DNA from: Octopus sinensis
Taxonomy: Eukaryota
Reading direction: 5' to 3'
Length of the DNA stretch: 64,000 bases
Assembly: GCF_006345805.1 (NCBI RefSeq)
Contig: NC_043012.1
Coordinates: 2,108,001 to 2,172,000, forward strand
Shown here piece after piece: positions 63,160-64,000 of this stretch. A program made the translations under genes and the position numbers. Position 1 is the stretch's first letter, and every line of letters starts with the position of its first letter. Below the pieces are notes generated by a model. The model did no database searches. It saw nothing but the letters and a program-made list of their open reading frames with translations, and was not told where the DNA came from.

Positions 63160-64000
63160 CATCATCATCATCATCATTTAGCGTCCGTTTTCCATGCTAG
63201 CATGGGTTGGACGGTTCAACTGGGGTCTGGGGAGCCCGAAGGCTGCACCAGGCCAGTCAGATCTGGCAGTGTTTCTACAGCTGGATGCCCTTCCTAACGC
63301 CAACCACTCCGAGAGTGTAGTGGGTGATTTTATGTGCCACCACCGCAACGGGCCAGACGAGGCTGGCGAACGCCACGCTCGGATGGTGTTTTTATGTGCC
63401 CCGACACAGGTGCCAGACGAGGCTGGCAGACGGCCACGCTCGGATGGTGTTTTTATGTGCCACCGACACAGGTGCCAGATGAGGCTGGCAGGTGCCAGAC
63501 GAGGCTGGCAGGTGCCAGACGAGGCTGGCAGACGGCCACGCTCGGATGGTGTTTTTATGTGCCACCGACACAGGTGCCAGATGAGGCTGGCGGACGGCCA
63601 CGATCGGATGGTGTTGTTACGTCCCCAAAGCACGGAGGCCAGTCTATGCGGTACTGGCTACGGCCACGTTCGGATGATTTTCTTGGTGCCACGGCACTGG
63701 TACCACAAAGATACAAATTCCATTTATGTTCATCTATTTTGATTTGTTTTGATTTGATTTGATTTTCACTTGCCTCAACAGGTCTTCACAAGTGTCACTT
63801 GCCTCAACAGGTCTTCACAAGTGTCACAAAAGGAAGGTATGCACAGGTGGACTGTCTACGTCGCCGGGTCTTCGGATGGTGTCTTTATGTGCCACCGACA
63901 CAGGTGCCAGATGATGGTTTTTCTTGTGTGCCACGTACTGAACCACAAATACAAATCCATTGATGTTCATCTATTTTGATTTGGTTTGATTTTCACTTGC
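63160..64000 (-). mobile_element. RTE LINE 3'UTR (same young subfamily as 41630) with a rearranged 62-bp array and local duplications; continues past the window
   Basis: First ~170 bp nearly identical to 41640-41810; duplicated ttcacttgcctcaacaggtcttcacaagtgtca. Confidence 0.9.

Overview
AT-rich, microsatellite-dense animal genomic DNA. The SINE/LINE repertoire (tRNA-headed SINEs, RTE, CR1, Penelope-like remnants) points to a coleoid cephalopod, most likely Octopus (inference). The only gene I could reconstruct is a minus-strand CUEDC2 orthologue: 8 coding exons over 22743-56731, all splice phases compatible, about 289 aa (295 aa with an alternative donor). A second minus-strand gene probably starts at position 25 (MAEEVMGS...) and runs off the left edge. 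The rest is intronic or intergenic repeat: many SINEs, 5'-truncated RTE and CR1 LINEs, a CRE-like fragment, and mariner, Tc1, hAT and piggyBac-type relics and MITEs. There is also a TA-flanked DNA transposon relic, minisatellites, a ~1 kb tandem duplication and a 100-N gap. The most notable non-coding signals are four hammerhead-ribozyme-like motifs (20733-20781 and 19044-19113 on +; 55186-55220 and 57633-57667 on -, bracketing the CUEDC2 start-codon exon), a T-shaped 41-bp-stem hairpin inserted in an intronic SINE, a 408-bp foldback, and an inverted SINE pair flanking CUEDC2 exons 5-6. Almost all ORFs in the supplied track are microsatellite or repeat artefacts. Repeat boundaries are approximate and were read by eye.
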